DNA from: Marsupella aquatica
Taxonomy: Eukaryota > Plantae > Marchantiophyta
Length of the DNA: 64,000 nucleotides
Assembly: GCA_973895155.1 (NCBI GenBank)
Contig: OZ316894.1
Coordinates: 5,790,944-5,854,943 of the forward strand
Direction: 5' to 3'
Below the pieces are notes generated by a model. That model had not been told where the DNA came from and did not search any database. It saw nothing but the letters and a program-made list of their open reading frames with translations. The position numbers and the translations under genes were made by a program. This document shows positions 60,041 through 64,000 of this stretch, piece by piece (position 1 is the first letter of the stretch; each line of letters begins with the position of its first letter).

Positions 60041-63000
60041 AATGTGCGACCCTCTCAAAATATGTTACCGCGGAGATTGAGAGCAGCATATCGGGAAATG
60101 GGTATGCCGGAAGAAGGACAAGGCTCTGAGTCACATTCCTCATCAAGTGACAGTGGAAGCAACAACCCTGATCGCAATGTACCCAGAACATATGAACAGG
60201 TTATTGATGACCAAGATAGAGCCATGGATGATTTTATGGTTGATTGGTTTAGTGTTGACGTCCCTGGTGATGATGTTGAGGTGTCTGCTGATCAAGGAGG
60301 TCATGTGCCCCCCAATGATCCACGACCAAGACATACCCCCGAGGGACAGCGCCAATGGGAGGAAGCAGAGGAACATGCCCGAACTCCTATCTATGAGGGT
60401 GCTCGTTTGAGTCATCTTTCTGCTATCTTGGGGTTGATGAATCTACAGGCCAAACACAAGGCAAGCAATGCCTTGTTATCTGATATGTTTGCACTTTGCC
60501 ATGACCTTATGTTACCTTCTGGCAATGTGTTGCCAGGAACTTGGAAGGAGGCCAAGCGTGTTCTCTCATCAATTGGCATGGAATATCATATCATTCATGC
60601 ATGTGTGAATGATTGCATGACTGTTATTTCATGGGGCCGATGAGAAGAAGACACAGTGTACTGAATGTCATGAGCCACGGTATGACCCCAACATGATTAC
60701 AAAGAAGGTGCCAAGAAAAGCTGTTCGTTGGTTTCCCATCATTCCTCGGTTGTTGCACATGTACAGGTGTTCTGATTTGGCAGAGTTGATGGTATGGCAT
60801 AAGACTCATCGATCAGAGCCTGGTGTTATGCGGTTGCCAATTGACTCTCCTGCAGTCAAACATATTGAGGAAACATGGCCAGACTTTGCACATGATCCTC
60901 GTCATGTGAGGTTGGGATTGGCATCTGATGGGGTTAGTCCTCATGCCCTTGGAGGCAAGGGAAGACCTACATCAGTTTGGCATGTGGTTGTGATGAATTA
61001 CAACCTTCCACCATGGCTATCCATGAAGAAGGGGTTCCTCTTGCTGTCTTTGATTATTCCAGGTCCAAAAAAGGTGAAGAACTTTGGCACTTATTTGGCA
61101 CTATTGATTGGAGAACTCCAAAAACTGTGGGGTGGAGTGTGGGCATATGATGGCAGGAAAAATACAGGAGGCATTCCACGTGTATTTAAATTGAGAGGGG
61201 TCGTTTGTTGGACAATGCATGACTATCCTGGTAAGATGACTTTTTGACCATATGCCACCCTTCTTTGATATGCTCTTTAATATACTTGTTTGTCATGTGA
61301 CAACCCTAACATTTAGTCTGGTTTTATTTTTGGTGTAACCAGGGTTTGGCTTTGTCTCTGGATTGCAAACTCAGGGGTACAAAGCTTGCTCCACCTGTGG
61401 TCCACAATTGCAAGATATGGCAATTTGGTCCCCATGGCTTAGGAAGATTGTTTACATTGGGCATACAAAGTTTCTTCCGATGGGGCATGAGATGAGGTCT
61501 GACCCACTTTTATTTTCCTCCTTTGACATGCCCCTTGGTGATATGCGGGAAATTCCGGAACCAACAACTTTTGGGCATTGGAAGTCACTAGCTGATAGGG
61601 TGGCAGACCCTGATGATCCCCTCACCTTTGATGGTACTGGGTTGACGAGGTGGAGTATACTAGCCAGTTTGCCCTATTGGTCAGAGTTGAAGATCCGCCA
61701 TCTTTTAGACCCCATGCACATAGAGGCAAATGTGGGGAAGGCGTTGATAGCTCATTTTTATGGGGAGAAGGACACTAACTTCAGGGAGGCATGTGAAGAG
61801 TTGGAAATGCATCCAGATGTATGGGTACAAGTTGATCCTGCCACAGGTTTGGAACATCGTCCTTCTGCTCCTTGGGTGCTTAGTGTTGGCCAAAGACGTG
61901 AATTCCGGAATCGTATAGGGGAGATGCGGTTTCCTACAGGCTATGGTGCCAATTTGAGGAAAGCTTTTGGGATAGAGGACAATCACAAATGGCCACGGTA
62001 TCTCAAGACACATGACTATCACCGCTTATTGCAGCATATATTGCCAGTGGCAATTATAGGGTTGGGGACCAAAGAAGTGCAAGATGCCATTTGGTCATTG
62101 GGTCGTTTGTTGAGATGGATATGCTCAAAGGAGATATATGTGGAAGAGATTCCTGGAATGGAGGTATTGGCTGCTGAGGTGGTTTGCAAGTTGGAGAAGG
62201 CCCTCCCTCCTTCCTTATTTGATTGTCAGGTTCATTTACTTGTGCATCTTGTGAGGGAGGTTGCCATTGCTGGTCCAGTTCATTGTCGATGGATGTACTG
62301 GCTTGAGCGTTACATGTCAGTCTTGAAGGCTTATGTACGTAACCGTGCACGAGTGGAGGGAAGCATAGCTACAGGATACTTGGCTGCAGAGAGCATGTTT
62401 TATTGTTGTAACATCTTGGCCACCATTGATCGGACTTTACCACGTACTTGGATGGAGGAGAGGCAAGAGGAGGAGGACCATTTAACAGGAGCAACAAAAA
62501 CACGCATGCTTACATCAACAGAGTGGACACAGTTGAATACATTCATGTTGAGTAATAGCAATGTCATGGATGAATGGAGGGAGTTTTATGACAATGCCAA
62601 AAGAATGAGTCAAAGGGCAAGGATTTTTCCTAAGTTGCATGAGTTTATGAAGGAAAAGTTGGTTGAGTTGGATGGCATTTTGGCACAAGGAGGAGATGTC
62701 TCACAGTTTCCTACTATGACAAATGACATTCGGACCATTGTTCATGGCCCTTTGAGAGTGGTAACATCCAAGACGGCCATGTGGACCCAAGGGAGACACT
62801 TCAGGTTTCACTAGTTCCTAACCTTGTTTTCCATGTTCATGTACTACTACTTAAGATATAGTAATCATTTTACTTAAGATAAGTGTGTTTTTCTCTTTTG
62901 GTATGAAAGGTTCCTCATAACATGATTAGTGTTTTTTGTGTAGTAGTAACAATATATGGGTCTTGTTAATTTCAGGATTTCTTCCCTTGATGAGAAGAGG

Positions 63001-63453
63001 GCTCGTACTTTTGATTGTGGAGTTCAAGGGCAGTTTTGTCAGGACTCCCGGAGTAGCCGACATGACAGGAACATTGTTCGTGATGTTGTGCCACACTATG
63101 GAAAGATTTTGGTGGTCTCATATGACAACCAATCTAAGTTTGAGGAGTATGTCTTCAAGTGCAAGTGGTTCAAAGTGAACCTTGTTGGTAATAATCGCAC
63201 TGTACTCCAAGATGAGAGTGGGTTTACACGGTTGAGGATAAGTGCCACTAGTTTTCAAGCATCTCATTGGCAAACGTCAGAGCCATTTAGTTTCCCATCT
63301 CACTTGGAGCAATGTTTCTACGTTCCATACCCCTTAGACCCAGAGTGGTCACTTGTCATCACATATGTGCCACGGTCTCGTTCCATTGTTTCAGACAAGC
63401 CAGACACTATTTTTGTGTCAGATGTAGAGGACATTGAAGGTGACCAAGTGTGA
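60041..63453 (+). pseudogene. CACTA TnpD transposase; exons (58747-58980), 60041-61230, 61343-62804, 62976-63453; one frameshift at ~60620
   Basis: IHACVNDC, CTECHEPRY, FPIIPRL, DPRHVRLGLASDG, YNLPPW, HDYP, RHLLDPMHIEANV, LKTHDYH, HLLVHL, GPVHCRWMYWLERY, NRARVEGSI, FKCKWF, QCFYVPYP (Transposase_21/DUF4218/DUF4216 order). Confidence 0.93.
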
Positions 63454-64000
63454 GAGACACTTATGGATATTTAAACCAAAAATCTATATCATGGATTGTT
63501 CATGTTGTTTCTTAATTAATATTTCATACACCATTAGTGTCGTAGGTATTTTCATTTTGGACTCCTACTTTCAAAAGAGGTCATGCATATAAGTGACATG
63601 GGTACTCCCTCCCTTATCCCTCCTCCCTCTTTGAACCCAAACTCTCCTTCCTCTTCCAAAAACTCCATAGCTTTTTCTCCTCCCTCCCTCTTCGCTAAAG
63701 TCTCTCCTATTTTTAGTAAACCCTCTTTGGACTCCCTTCTTCCTCCGTCCCTCATCCACCTTCCAACTCCCTTCCTCCCTCTTTCACCTTTCACCTCCCT
63801 CCCTCCTCCTCCCCCATTCAAACTCTAACCTAGATGCACACACAAGTCTAACATAAACGTTTGCGAACTGTTTGCGAAACTAAACAAATCCCAACCAAAT
63901 CGCAATTCTGCCATTTAAACCGTTTCTCAATTATTCCATACTATACGCTTCACTATTTTGCGATATCCAGACCATCCCACCTTTACCATCCACATCGTTT

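Larger units (their letters stand above)
54690..64000 (+). mobile_element. CACTA/En-Spm DNA transposon, right end beyond the window
   Basis: CACTA terminus at 54690 followed by dense TTCGCAA/TTGCGAA subterminal repeats; TnpD transposase and TnpA-like gene inside. Confidence 0.9.

Noticed and set aside
63552-63828. ORFs downstream of TnpD
   Set aside because: CT-rich low-complexity tract giving spurious Pro/Ser or Gly/Arg frames.

Overview
Intron-containing land-plant nuclear DNA; the species cannot be identified from the sequence alone. Three host genes were spliced by hand: a GPI-anchored protein with two LTP/8-Cys domains joined by micro-exons (8600-11193, -), a protein with two GT34 glycosyltransferase domains (35571-40699, +) and a FEZ-like NAC factor (46113-48337, -). 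The middle of the window is a five-level transposon nest: Helitron-type PIF1 helicase pseudogene > ~286-bp TIR element (8-bp TSD) > GGCC-TIR MITE (4-bp TSD) > full-length Ty1/copia (344-bp LTRs, 5-bp TSD) > second copy of the same MITE. The right end (54690 to beyond the window) is a CACTA/En-Spm transposon. It carries an intact SET-domain exon between the Cys/His first exon and the TnpD transposase exons, and that first exon can splice in frame to either. It also has a divergent TnpA-like gene and clusters of TTCGCAA motifs in its non-coding segments. This SET-carrying CACTA is the best candidate for an undescribed system. Minor features are SINE copies, a plastid atpA fragment, hairpins and minisatellites. 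All gene models are manual predictions without transcript evidence.
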